A stretch of 64,000 nucleotides of DNA from Chrysemys picta bellii (GCF_011386835.1 NC_088808.1:21204001-21268000); one strand, 5' to 3'; positions 50,065-63,186 are shown, counted from the first letter of the stretch. Numbers and translations: made by a program. Notes: a model not told the origin generated them from the sequence alone.

Positions 50065-52141
50065 TGAGTATTCACAGAGCAGCGTCCACAGCCGGTTACT
50101 CGGCTCCTCCCGGAAAGGACTTTTGGAAAGTCACCGTCACCCAGCTCCTTCTGGAAACAGCCTTTCCCCAGCTGACCTCGGAGCGCCGGGCTCAGCTCCC
50201 TGGTCATCTCACTTCAGACATCGATTCAGACTAACTGCCTTTTGTTTTATCGTACTCCTTTATCTACAGTTTGCACAATGTTATTCAATAAATAAGTGTT
50301 GATAAATGTAAAATGAAGATAATATTTATCCACTGCGGATATAATTAGATGATAAATAAGCAGGCTTTGGTGCAGGGAAACTTTTCAGGTGGGGGTGGCA
50401 GGAGAGAAGGGAATTCTCCCTCCACTACCATGGAGTATCAATACAGCTGCTCCGTGCTCTGCTCTCCCACTATTTGGGGGTTTTGATTAACAAAGTTAGG
50501 CAGTCGGAGTCCCATTGGCCTAACTTGTCCTAGGCAGCATTGCAAGGTGATGTGCAGGGGTATAGACTTTCCTTATACAGGCTCCCCACACTCCCTTATC
50601 ACATCTGTGCAGTGTAAATCTGACCGTTCTGTTGTGCTGAGGATGGTCGGTGCCTGCAGGGGAGATCAGTGTAAGAAGAAAATGTGTCAGTCTTTCAATC
50701 TACAAGGAATAGACCAGGCAAATGAAGCTTAGCAGATACCTGAACTTTCCATTTTGTAAAGGGTTCTGAATGATCTATGATATTAAATATCTCTAAAAGG
50801 TCACTAACAATACCAGGATAATTTGGCCTTCATCCTTTGCCCAGGAATGAGATCGTTAACAGTACGATAATTGTAGAAAGTTTTGGTCTAAAGCTAGACT
50901 TAGACTGCTGTGCTAAGAAGTTTGCAGTGATCTGCTGATGAATACATTTTCTAGTAGCTTGAGAGACCTGACAGTAACATAATGACTGTCTCTATTCATG
51001 TACAGTTGAATTCTTAAAGGGACATTGTCAAAAAGTTTTAGGCCTAAAATGCCCACTACTACTTTGCACTTTTATAGCACCTGCTGAGGATGTCAAAATG
51101 CTTTAAAATATTCAGGAATTAAACCCCAGAACACTCCATTGTACAGATGCAGAAAACACGGCATAGAGGTTAAGTGACTTGCCCAAGATCACTCAGCAAT
51201 TCAGTGGCCGAGCTGGGAGAACTCAGATCTTACTTCCTGCCATTTAGCCACAACTACATGCTTCTGCCATTAAGCTTTGTGTTTAAGAAAAAAAAGTTGT
51301 ACAGAGCCAACTATTAGAAAGGTTTAAAATAAATCAAATTCAATTACTTTTAAAATTAATTTCTTAAATGTAAAACAATCCCTTGCAGTGTCAAATCCAA
51401 AACACTTTCTGACGCTTGTGCATGGGAAGGAGAAAGTGAAACTGACTAGAGATAAACGTGGAACAATTCAGGCTAGATGTGTTGTCCCAACTGACTGAAA
51501 CGTTGCAGATACACAGAGTATGAGATTGCTAAACCTGAAATAACTTTTAAAACCTACAGGGTTAACAGGCAAAGCTGTAATTAAAAGCTAGGGAGACTTT
51601 CTTTTTAAATGCTTCTTAGTTTTGTGCACTTTCAGCACATTTTTTTCTTCACATTCAAATATCTTATTCTGGGAGGCGGGAGCTAAAAACACCCTAGTTT
51701 TACTCAGATTCAGATATCACGGTGATGGGCATAATAGGCTTTGGCCAAGTCAGCGAACGTCACAGTGTCAAGTTCCCCATCTTTTAAATGGAATAATAAT
51801 AATACCTACATTACAGGGTGTTTTGAGGATTAATTAACTATCCAAACCCTGATTGATTTACTCCTGAGTAGTGTCAATGAAGTCAATAGCATGACTCACA
51901 TAAACTACAGAAGGGAATTGTCAAGGGGCAGAATGTCTTTTCCCAGCATGGAATATAGCCAGGACTCAGGGAAAGTACTGTGGAGTCTCCAATGACCAAA
52001 GATTAGTGATCTGTCCCTAAAACTACAAATCAAAAGCTTCCCCCATAATCCAATTCTTGTGTGTCTAAGAATGGCCGTGTACATCTCCCAGTGCATCTTC
52101 AATACCATTCACTGAGCCAGCGGCCCCCAGCCCACAGTAAG

Positions 52142-52510
52142 TAGGGTGACCATCCCTCCCGGGACGGTCCCTTTTATAAACCCTGCCCAAGCCGTCCCAA
52201 CTTTTGGCAAATCTGGGCATTTGTCCTGTCTGCTCTTGTCAACTTGATCAAACAGGACACATGCCCTTTTGTCACAAGGGTGGCCCGTGGAGCGCGGAGG
52301 AACAGGGGGTGGGGTGGCAGCGATGAGTGGGGGAGGCAGAGCTCGGGTGGGAGCCAGACAGGGCTCGGGTGGGGGGCAGGCAGGTGAGCAGCGTGTGGGA
52401 AGGGGCAGCAGTGCTCCGGGAGAGGCTGGCACTAGCCCTGCGCAGGGAGCGGGGGCCTCAGCCTAGCCCCACCCGGTGTCCAGTTTTCCCTTTGGGAAAT
52501 AGTCACCCTG
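52142..52510. mobile_element. hAT MITE
   Basis: Ends tagggtgacca / agtcaccctg; no clear TSD. Confidence 0.7.
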
Positions 52511-52850
52511 GGGGGGGGCACTGTAATGCATTCTGCAGAGTGAGGCACAGACTGGGCAGCACATGATCCTCTCCTGCCAGGGAGCAAATCCCAGCTCTAA
52601 CTTCGGGCTGCCTGAGAGCGGCTCCGGCTGCTCCGGGCCCTCGCCTTGCCCAGCTGGGCGGCAGGTAGCACTGAGCCGGGTACCAGCCCCTCCTGGCAGC
52701 AGCAGGAGGAGTTTCCGTGTCCACTGCAAACACCCCTCCCAGCCAGACCCGCCGCCACCGGCCCCAGCCGCGCTCTGCGCTGAGGCTGAGCAAGTGGAGG
52801 GACCGGCTGGCGGCACCGGCCTTGGCCCTGGACTAGGAGCGACCTGCAGG

Positions 52851-52934
52851 ATGAAGCTGGACTGGCTAACGCAGCGCTGCCAGCTGCCGGCTGCCCAGGG
52901 CTGCTCCCGTCCGGGGTGTTTCGCTTTGCTGCTG
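52851..52934 (+). CDS. CUTAL: CUTAL first coding exon
   Basis: MKLDWLTQRCQLPAAQGCSRPGCFALLL|gtaaga, phase 0, compatible with the exon at 55431; the start codon choice is inferred. Confidence 0.65.
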
Positions 52935-53854
52935 GTAAGATCGCTCCCTTCGTTGCAACCGGCTGTGAGAGCCCCTGCAGGCTGCAAGCCCTGTGGGCGC
53001 AGGCAGGGTGCAGATCACGGACGGGACAGTGCCCGGGGCAAGGCGAGGATGGTTTCCGCTGGTCCCTGAGGCACCAGCTGCCCAGCAGGGCAGGCAAGGA
53101 GAGCGGGGGAGCTGCTTAGGGGAAGATGAATCTGTGAGCAAGCGGCACCTCACCTGAACACCCTCCCCATCCCCGTTCAACTCCCCGCACGCTGCGGAGT
53201 ATAAATTCCTGTTTTGTTGGGGAACTTCACAACAGATTCACTTTTCCGGGACACTAATTGCACCCCGCTGAGTGCATTTCCCAGCAAACTTCTCCCTAGC
53301 TGTGGGAAAGCTGCAAAGATGCACTTAGCAGAATACAAAACTCTCTGTCTTGGGACAATGCAGATCCCAAGCCAAGTTATGCTTTCGGTGTTTAGAAAAA
53401 AGACCCATGCACATGCCAGTCTGTTTATAGATCAATTCCTGATGCCCAAACATCTAATCCAGTGGGTGATTAGGAGATGCAGATGTAGGGATTGGGGGGC
53501 GGGGGAGAGGGACTTTAAAAAAATTGATCTGAGAGAAGAAACACACATATGAAAAATATTCCCTTGTGGACATTTTCAGACTTCTCATTTGATTTTGAAA
53601 AAGTTTCTTTCACCAGTGCTGAGGAATCCTTGCTCTACTTAAGGCTGCCATGATGATTTCGTTTAGTGATGCATCAACACTAGAGCTGTTTATCAAAAAC
53701 ATTGAATATGGGGATTTCAAACCCGGATCCAAAACCAGTCCTAGGTTTTGTTTTGCAAAACTTAAGTGATGAGATTTTGCAAAATTGCAAATGTCCTGGA
53801 TTTGACCATCACTTTCCAGTCTCCCATTTTTCAGTGATTGTATGGAGTGTTTGT

Positions 53855-54070
53855 GTAGCCCCATTGGTCCCAGGATATTAGAGAGATAAGGTGGGGGAGG
53901 TAATATCATTTATTGGACCAACTTGAGAGGGACAAGTTTTCGAGCTACACAAACCTGAAGAAGAGCACTGTGTAGCCCAAAAGCTTGTCTCTCTCAACAA
54001 CAGAAGTTGATCCAATAATAGATATTACCTCACCCTCTTGTCTCTTTAATATCCTGGGACCAACACAGCA
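53855..54070. mobile_element. Palindromic Penelope-like element (second family)
   Basis: Inverted arms ttggtcccaggatatta / taatatcctgggaccaa and ttattggaccaactt / aagttgatccaataa; central ctgaagaagagc...aaaagcttgtc is a degenerate hammerhead. Confidence 0.7.
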
Positions 54071-55430
54071 CCAACAAAATTGCATATTTTTCAGTCATCT
54101 CACTGAATTTAGGATCCCACAACTGTGGTTTTTGAATCTAAGTCACTTTAAATATTAATAGCTCTGGGTGTATCCAGATCAACAACCCAGAAATCCAAAA
54201 TTTTCCAATTTGGCCTTCACTTCTTGGACAAACCCGAGGAAACAACAATTGCATTGTTGCATCAGATTTCTCACTTCTTGTTGGGAAAAAACAGGAGGGT
54301 TGTAAACATTGTATAACTCTTTATTTACAAATGTTGCTCGCTGGGACAGCCTCAAGGGATGCACATATAACTTTCATGGTTGCCAGGCTGAACAGAAGGG
54401 AGCATGTATTTCTCCCCTAATAAGGGGAATAGAAGCACTGCTCTACTCTGGCAAATACCCAGGCCAGAATTGGCTCTGTTTTGAGTTAAATGTAAGTTGT
54501 CAATGTTCCTTTAACCTTAGCGTGCACACAACCAAATTCATCCCTGGAGTAGCTCTATAATCAGATGTAGTTATTCCAGGGATGAATTTGACCCACAAAA
54601 TTAAATACACAGTTGAGATAACAGTGGAGACTGTAAGGTTTCAGTTTTGGTGCTTTTAAATCAGTGCCTGTAACAAACATAGTATGCAAATATTGTGTGA
54701 GTGAGTTATGATTTCCTTCTGTAAATATGTTTTTGCTGTACTTGTCCATAGTGGAGACAGAAAGGCAGAAATTCCTTTAGCAATAAATTGGATACCAGGC
54801 TTGCATAAAAATCTGATTATCTTCAATCTCTACGATGCAATTTCTCATAAATCAAACTGTCTGATCAGCCAACCAAACTATACATTTTTATCTTATTTGC
54901 ATATCAAGGGCCCACTCTTACAGCTTTACTTCCCTTCAGTATCAAGTCTGAAATAATAGTTTTTACTGAAGGTCAGTTCAGCTTGTTCTTGGTTTTGTTT
55001 AAAGGATGGAATGTCATTTATCCCGCCAACGAAGTACTTTATGATTCTAGTTTAAAAAAATTATAAATGTTTTTTATAGTTGTACAGTGAATTTTTTTGT
55101 ACATGCACATTTTGAGCATGATTATTGCTGAAGCAGGTGGCCCCAGTCTCCTAGGTTCTGTTCCGGACTCTGAAACTGACCCATTTATGCACTAAACCCA
55201 CTGCTCTAATGTTGGATTGAACCCACTACTGGGGAATGGTTATTTGTTTTAAACATTGTTTCTCTGAACTAAAATAATAAGCTTTACTGTAATAATGGCA
55301 ACGCAAAGAATGGAGACTTTCTTCTTGGCTCATACATACAGTAAATGCTTGGGGTTTCTTTAAAATACAACCTAAATTTGAGGGACACACTTGACCTGGC
55401 ATTCTCACTGTTGTATTTTGCATTCTTTAG

Positions 55431-55579
55431 GTAATAACTCTGTCTTTACTGATGTACCCAGTGCTGAAGAGTCTAGGTCTTCAGCTGCACTCTGCAGTCA
55501 CTGGCAGCTATATCTCGGGAACCCAGTCCATTGCTTTTGTTAACTGTCCCAATGAACAAGTTGCAAAGGATATTGCAAG
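55431..55579 (+). CDS. CUTAL: CUTAL coding exon 2
   Basis: VITLSLLMYPVLKSLGLQLHSAVTGSYISGTQSIAFVNCPNEQVAKDIAR; CutA signature F-V-N-C-P-N-E-x-x-A-K-x-I-A-R; ttctttag| ... AG|gtacgg. Confidence 0.92.
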
Positions 55580-58500
55580 GTACGGTGTCACTTCCATTGT
55601 TGTTGTGCTTGAATAATTCAAAGCCTGGCTGTCATGAAGTAATGGGTTGTTTGTTTCATGTACAGTTGTTATTTCTGAGGAGGGTTTCTCCCTTTTTCTC
55701 CACATGACACACACTTTCTCTCCCACTCATGCATTAACTCTCTCCCATAAACAGCTCTGTAGAGTAGGAACTCAACCTTCTAAAGGAAAATTGTACCCCA
55801 AAAAATATCTATCTAGCTGGTGCAGAATACAGCTGCCTGCCTCCTTCGAGGCCTAGGCTAATGTGAGCACATCACATCTCCACTTCCTGCACTGGCTCCC
55901 AGTCTGTTTCAGATGCCAGTCTAAGCCCTCAGTCCTAATTCTCAAGGCAATTCCTGGATCAAGCAACCACCATGACAGCTGAACTCCTTTGAGACAATGC
56001 AGGTCACAAAGCTCAGCAGCAGTGCATGAGGGTGGAGGGCAAATCATTCTGGGTCAAGGGGACCTGGCTCTGGAACAAACGTTCAGGTGAGATTCGGTGA
56101 CTCCAGAGCATGGCCACCTTGAGGAAATGTTGCCAAACTTTTCTCTTTCAAAAAGCCTTATCACCATAGCAAGAATGACACTTACAACACTGACACCCAA
56201 ACACTCCTCCAGAAAAAAAAAATCCTGTAACAGTCAACCAACCAACCCAAAACAGAAACCAACAGAAAATAGCCCAAGCAGAAATTCTACCCTAGAAAGG
56301 GTAAAGTGTCAGAGACCCCTATGAAGTCCCCTAGGGACTTTGCTATTGCTATTGACTTTGTGTAGGACGTGCCCAGATGCTACAATGATGGGTGGCAGTA
56401 TAAAAGCCTAAAATAGATAAAATAAAATAAAGAAAAGAAAACCAGGCCAAAAAAAGAGGGGGGTAAGGGGAGGGAGACAAAATCTGCCACTCAATACCTC
56501 TCCCGACTCTAATGCATTTTGCAAGGGCTTCAAATACATCTAGATCATTTTTATTTTTAATGTACCATAGATTTGTATGATGCACACTTCACAAATTCCT
56601 AGCTACATGGCTAAATAGCTGCTCTGTTCAGAATACTGGAAATGTTTATAGTGGACCGTTAAGTTTCCTGCAACACCTCTTATGAGCTCTGTTCCCTGCT
56701 AACTCTCTGCTTGCCAAAAACTCTGCCTCTCTTCCATAATAACAGAGTGTTCCCGAACAGCTATTCAGGAAACAATGGGCTACTAAAAGGCATTTTGTGT
56801 CACCCTCAATACTGCAACTGTATCAAGTGCGTTACCACTTGATGTGTATGACAAAAAAGAATAACTGTGTATTACTGGGGAGAAGACCATTTAGTCTATG
56901 AAAATGCTTCACATTAGCAGCTCCGCAAACATTTTCTGTCTTTTGTTCCTTCTCTTCCAGGGAAGGGAGAGGAAATAAATCACTCTCTGCAGTTAATGCC
57001 CATTGCTGAGATTTACATGTATTTTGCTAACATTTTTCTTGGTATTAATGAATTAAAGTTGAGCTCAGAGGAATTTGGATTAAGTGATAATGGGTTGTAG
57101 CAACTGGCTCTATAGATGAAAGCTGATTTTCCAAAACCCATTAGCTGCTAGTATGGATGTCTTTATCTTTCTCCTAGATTGCTCACTGAAGTACTTATTC
57201 CCAGACTCCGCTTGCAAGTATTTTCTTTGGTGTTTGTAAAGGGTTTCAGATTTCGAGGACTGCTCAGCTGTAAACAAATACAGTTTGGAGACACACCGGT
57301 TAGAGCAAGTTATAACATGAGTGACCTGCACTGATATTAAAACTGATACTAGTAGAAGTTTCCCAGTCTTTACAAAATGGAGATTTTGCTTCTTTGCCTG
57401 TGTCTGATTTGGGAAGTTGAGTTTTGTGGGTGCATAGGGCATGAGCAGGCCCTGAAGCATTCTGAAGGGGACCTCACAAATAATCTAACCTAAACATATT
57501 TCAGGCTAATCATTATCTTTTATGAAGATAAGACTGAGTTACACCTGAATATTCCATCAGCCCCCAGTTTTGCCTTGTATCTGTACACGTCTTTTTCTTT
57601 ACTTTTAGGCTTATTCATATTTCATCTGTCTAGAGTATGAATACAAATGTGTGTTAATGCTGGGACATAGAAATACACATGAAATATCCACCCCAAAGCC
57701 ATCATGAAGTATACAGCCATTTTCAGTCATCCATCTTCATCTTGTTATTAATATTTGCATTTCCCCCAGGGTCCATGTGTTTCATAGATCTCAGTTCATT
57801 GGGAGGGAATGACACCAAACAATATCCCAGGAATTGTACTTTATACTTTTATGGTGCTTTAAAAACTTGAAGTCTCACAACACCTCACAAATGTTCAGGT
57901 TTTCAATAAAAAGTTGAGATTTTTCATGGGAAAAACCTGCATTTTCTCACCAGCTGTATAGATCATGTTACAAGTACTAGGGATTTACAGTTGAAACTAA
58001 GAGCTTGTATGTACATCACTGAATCTGAAGACAGTGGTTTCCCCTAATATCCCTTCTTTCTATATCCCCTGAATGCTGAGGTGGCGTGCATGCTTTATAC
58101 AGTTTTCCTCTCCATTTAATTCCAATTAAAAGTATGTTTTCCTAGTTATCTGGTAGTAATCTGAAATGAAAATATCTGAGTGATTATTGTCATTTGCCTT
58201 TCAGTAAGGGGCCTCTTTCAATAATTACGGAACAAGCCACTCACCCATCTCTCTTTTAAAATAGAAATGGAGGAGTTGGAATGTCTGGACATGTTGCAGC
58301 CATCAAACTGGGAACTGCTTCCTATCAGTTGCAAGGGGCTAGTTGGCTTGGCTTTCCGCCATTAAAATCCTCAGCTCAGAATCTGTTCCTGCTGAAGTGT
58401 TAATGTCACCATGTCCTCATGCTTCTGTGTTGTATTTTTCCCTCTTCCAGTCAAGCTGCCAAACAAAGTTTGCCCCAGAAACTGCTCCTCTCCAGGGATT

Positions 58501-59640
58501 GCCATCACTGTCAACTTTTGCCATTAAGCTTTGTTCTATGTCCCTCAGGGTGTCAGACAGATAGGGCAGTGCTAATGTAATAGTAGTGCTACCAAAATAC
58601 AAGTTAACGTTTAATATAATACCTGTAGTAGACAAAAATAACTTATAGATCAGTGTAAATGTAGCATTTTTACTGCTATAAAAGATGCCAGCTAGAAGAA
58701 GGCCTGAACCAAAGCCCATTGAAGTTAATGAAAGACCCCTGGAGCTTGGATCAGGCCCATAATTCAGATACAAAATCTTTGTTCGTGTTCAAAACTTAAC
58801 CTGGTTTAACAGCAAAGAAATATAGGTTCAAAGAGCTAGCGCTATGTCCAGCTCTTCCCAGCGGTAGCACATGTGCACAGCTTAGTTTATGTGCAGGGTC
58901 TATAAAAAGTGTAACATTGTGTTTTCTTGTGAGCAGTAATCAGATTTTCAAGTAACTACATTTGACTAGGCAACACATTTGGAACTAGAATGAGCCACTT
59001 TAAATCTGGAACCTAAGCCTTTAGATAGGTTTGTGGGGGGAGGAGGGGAGTTGGTAAAGAAGCAAATCATTTTGCTATAACATGCATTTTTAAATGCCCT
59101 TTGTCTTCTGAAATGTGTCCATCTCCAAGTGTTCTTGGTTTGTGCCAGTCACCAACACTTCAACATTCATCAGCAATTGCGAAAATCAAGCATGGAAAAA
59201 TTGTGTCGTTGGCTGGAGACAGGTTATCACCTAGAAAAGCTTTTTGTGGCTACTTATGGATGCATAAGTACTGAACATTAAACATTTGATGTGCGTGAGC
59301 CACAGTTTAAATGGATACCATTTCACAAGAAGTTATATTGCATTCCCTGTCATAGTCTGTGCTCCTCAGGGACCAATTTCTGACCTGCTAATTTGTAACA
59401 AGAATTCTGGATCAAATCTCTGCAGGAGGGACATAAATAGTTTCCTTAAAGGGACAGCATCAGAAGTTTCTTCTTCTTGTGCTCTCTCTGCTGTTTGCAA
59501 TTTTCTGTTAGAAGGCTGATACAGACCTTGCCCTCCTGTTTTTCTGTTTTCATATGGAAAAAATGGGTTTTCACTTTCCTGCTCCAGTTTATTTTGGCAC
59601 ATAAGTCAATATACCTTTGCGTTGTTTACACCCTTACTTG

Positions 59641-59854
59641 TTTCAGAGTAGCAGCCGTGTTAGTCTGTATCCGCAAAAAGAACAGGAGTACTTGTGGCAC
59701 CTTAGAGACTAACAAATTTATTAGAGCATAAGCTTTCGTGGACTACAGCCCACTTCTTCAGATGCATCCGAAGAAGTGGGCTGTAGTCCACGAAAGCTTA
59801 TGCTCTAATAAATTTGTTAGTCTCTAAGGTGCCACAAGTACTCCTGTTCTTTTT
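59641..59854. mobile_element. Penelope-like inverted terminal-repeat pair
   Basis: 180-bp palindrome 59675-59854 with one mismatch; flanking direct repeat ccttacttgt at 59632-59641 and 59857-59866. Confidence 0.85.
59726..59765 (-). ncRNA. Minimal hammerhead-ribozyme motif (intact core)
   Basis: Same sequence as 26134-26173. The + strand mirror copy at 59764-59803 has CCGAAGA instead of CUGAAGA. Confidence 0.6.
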
Positions 59855-62393
59855 ATCCTTACTTGTATCAGGGATAGTATTTATTAATTTGTGCTCCCTC
59901 TGCTGGCCAACTGATTGATGCAACAAAGTGAAATAAAATCTTGCACAAAGACCGGCTCTCTCTTTTGTTTTAAAAGAGATTTTTTTGCAATCCATGGGAT
60001 ATTCCTCGTTAGAGGAAACCCAACGTTAGCCTTCAGCATTATTGCAGAGGACTCCACAAAAGCAATATAACTTACCGGGAAATGGTCACCCATTACGGAG
60101 GTGTCACCTGAATACAGGAGTAGTTCCCAGGAACGCCTCCGTTCTAATCCCAGCTCTAATAGCGTCTGCCTGTGTGGTTTGGGGTATGTCATGTAATCTC
60201 TCAGGGCCAGCTTCCTCATCTGTAAATTTGAGATGGGGAGGATAAATTCTTACCTACCTTAACTGACTAAGAGGATTAATTAGTGTTTTTAAAGCACCTT
60301 GAGGAGAACAGGGCTAAGTATTATTATAGCAATCAGCTGTATCTTTTGAAAAGTGTCCCCCATTCTGTAGTATGTTACTGCTTCTTCAAATCACTTAGTA
60401 AGACAAGACAGTATGACCTTGACCTAAATAGTAAAACTGAGTCAGTTCCAGCCGTTCACTGGATCATGTCATTTCCCCCCTTCTGAGATACTCTATGCTG
60501 CATGAGATTCAGACACTGCATGGCTAAAAACTCAGCTCCTTGGGCCACCTGCTCATAGTCTCCCCCATATTGTTCCATTGGGGAAGAGTTAAAGTTATTT
60601 GACTATCCTGTGGGGCATGGCTTCACTCCCACAGTCGCCCATGGCTCCCTCAGAAGCTGTGTTGCCATACTCACTTTGGCAGTGGCTGCACCCAACCCGC
60701 TCCTCCAGGAGCTGGGAACCAGCCTAGACCCAAGAGACGCATGGCTTGGAGGGCGACTGCTCTCTGGCATCTCGCCTCCCCAGTGCCCCATGCTTTGCCA
60801 CGGAGGGGATTTCCCAGCATCTGTGGGAAGAAGAAAATGGAGCTGCTTTTCTCCCCCCTCCACAGGTCTGTCCCTTTTCCTTCCTGCTACTACAGTCTGT
60901 GGTCCTGCCTTGTGGCAGGGAGAATAGTAACAAGCCACCTCCATTGTCTCATGGATCTGGCTGCGGACTGTGTAGACAGACAAAGCAGGTCTAATAATAA
61001 AGATGTGAAAAGAAGCTTATGAGAATCCAAGCTATCTAAATAGCTTTGCTTTATGGGGTAGGTGACAGATTTGAACCTGTTACATAATTGCATACTGGTC
61101 CCATGGCCTGGATGTCGACAGCTGACTTGGGTTAGTTACCGTCTGTGCTGATTTAGGTTGCATTTGGGGCAGGTCAGCCTGTGATGTTATACAGTCCTCA
61201 ATCTACATGTGGTATTTTCACAGCTTGTGACATGAAATCCTCTTTTAATGATAAAAGATTCACTAGATGATATAGTTTGTTTCATAATCCCACCTAGGAT
61301 ATATTATAATCTGGATGGAAGGGGGATATTTTTAACTTGTTCAGAGCCAAAGCAGGTTTGTTTTATTTTGTTTGAAGTAGCTAATAGTGTACAAACATCT
61401 GACCCACGGAGGGTTAATTCCTATTCTTTCATTTTCTATTCACTCCTGACTCCTCTGGAATTTTGAGGTCATATTTTTGACCCAAGTGTAATTGTTAGGA
61501 GCTTAATGTTTTCATTGCCATAGCGCTAAATACAAAACACAGGCCAGAGTTAAAGAAAAACAAATTACAAGCCTAACAGGGCCACGCCTTCAAGGAACGT
61601 TTAACACAATTTTGGGGGCAGAGGGTGCAAAAGAAACAAGCTTGATGGGCTCTCCAAAAGCATAGAGACACTGGTGAGGTTGGTAGGCACAACCTTTGAC
61701 CTTGTACTCCTAGCCCTCTTCCTACCCTGCCCCACAGTTGCTTCTGTGCTCACTTCTGCCGGCAGCCCAGATGTAACACACTGGCAGCCCCGCAATAACA
61801 AACTAGTCCACAACCAAAGGAGGAAGATTTCAGGAAGTAATGAATTTGGGTTTCAGATTTCTAATAACTTTCTGGTATGAAAAGGCTGATGTTGTTAAAC
61901 CTTTAGTACATGCGATGATTTTTAGTCTGCTGTGCATGCAAGAAGTGGAGTCTCCTGATGTGAGTTTATGACTGGGAGTCAGGGACTCCTTTGTCCTAAT
62001 CCCAGCTCCAATTCTTAATCTCAGCCTCAGTTTCCCCACTTGTAAAATGGAGATAAGACTGATGCACCATGGGAATGGTGCAAGGTTTCATTAGCTAGCA
62101 TTTGAGACTGCCATCTGTGCCTATGAGTCCTGCATATTACCCCAGACCAGCACTGATGCTGGAACCTTCAGGGTCTATCAGCAGCACACTGGAGGGACCC
62201 TCACCCTGGCTGAGAGAGTAGGAGACACGCTGAGCTAATCTCAGCTGGAAACAGATTAATTGTGCCTCAGATGTCAAGGCTTGTCACTGGAGGAAACAGC
62301 TCAAGGTTAACTTCACAGCTCAAGGTGGAGGAGGGTGCCGGGAGTGGAGGAAGTACAGTTTATTTACAAACTCACCTTGTCTGTTCTGTTTAG

Positions 62394-62453
62394 GGCCATT
62401 ATGGATAAAAAGCTGGCTGCCTGCGTGAATATCCTGCCGAAGGCCTCGTCTAT
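62394..62453 (+). CDS. CUTAL: CUTAL coding exon 3 (gene continues beyond the window)
   Basis: (R)AIMDKKLAACVNILPKASSM; ctgtttag| ... AT|gtgagt; CutA motif LAACVNI. Confidence 0.92.
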
Positions 62454-63186
62454 GTGAGTTGCACTGAACGTTCCTCCAAAGGACATACAAATGCTCGTCT
62501 GCAAATGGAAGCCTAAGCCAGGAATAGCAAACCCCAGAGGTGCCGGAGCACCCACAACTGGCTCAGCACCTCTCAGGATTAGGCCAATGAAACCATGCAA
62601 TCAGGAGACCAGTTTATTCGTAGAAGGCTGCACTGCTTTCCGATTGCAAGACAGGGAGATTATAAGAGTGACCCCTGTACTGCCACAGTGCATTAAGCAT
62701 ATGAAGGGGTGGATGGTAGGCATGCCCGCCTGTGGCCATTTGTTTATTGGTTACTTAGGAATAGAAATCTTCGCAAAGAGGATTTTAGCCTCTTTCACCA
62801 TGATTTAATGTGTGCTGTTTCTTTCATGGGACCTAAATTTAGAATATTAATTGAGGTCTTCATGCAGTAGGAAGGGGCAGCCTTTGGCCCTGGAATATGG
62901 AAACAGCAATAATACTCACAGGCATCCTGGGCCTTCCACCCAGAGATTGGAAACCTTGTCATTAATGAATGAAGCTCAGGACGTATTAATAACCTCATTA
63001 TTAAGAGGTGTTGTGACTAGCGCCTGGCCACACACACAGAGCCAGGACTAGCACAAATCTTCCATTTCCAGTGCCTGAGCCACTGGACCATCCTTCCTCT
63101 CCGAGGGCCTGCCCCAAAGCCCAATGAAGCCATCCACTCCAAGGCAGACTTCTGTGGGCTCTGGATCAGGCCCCGAATGCACGACA

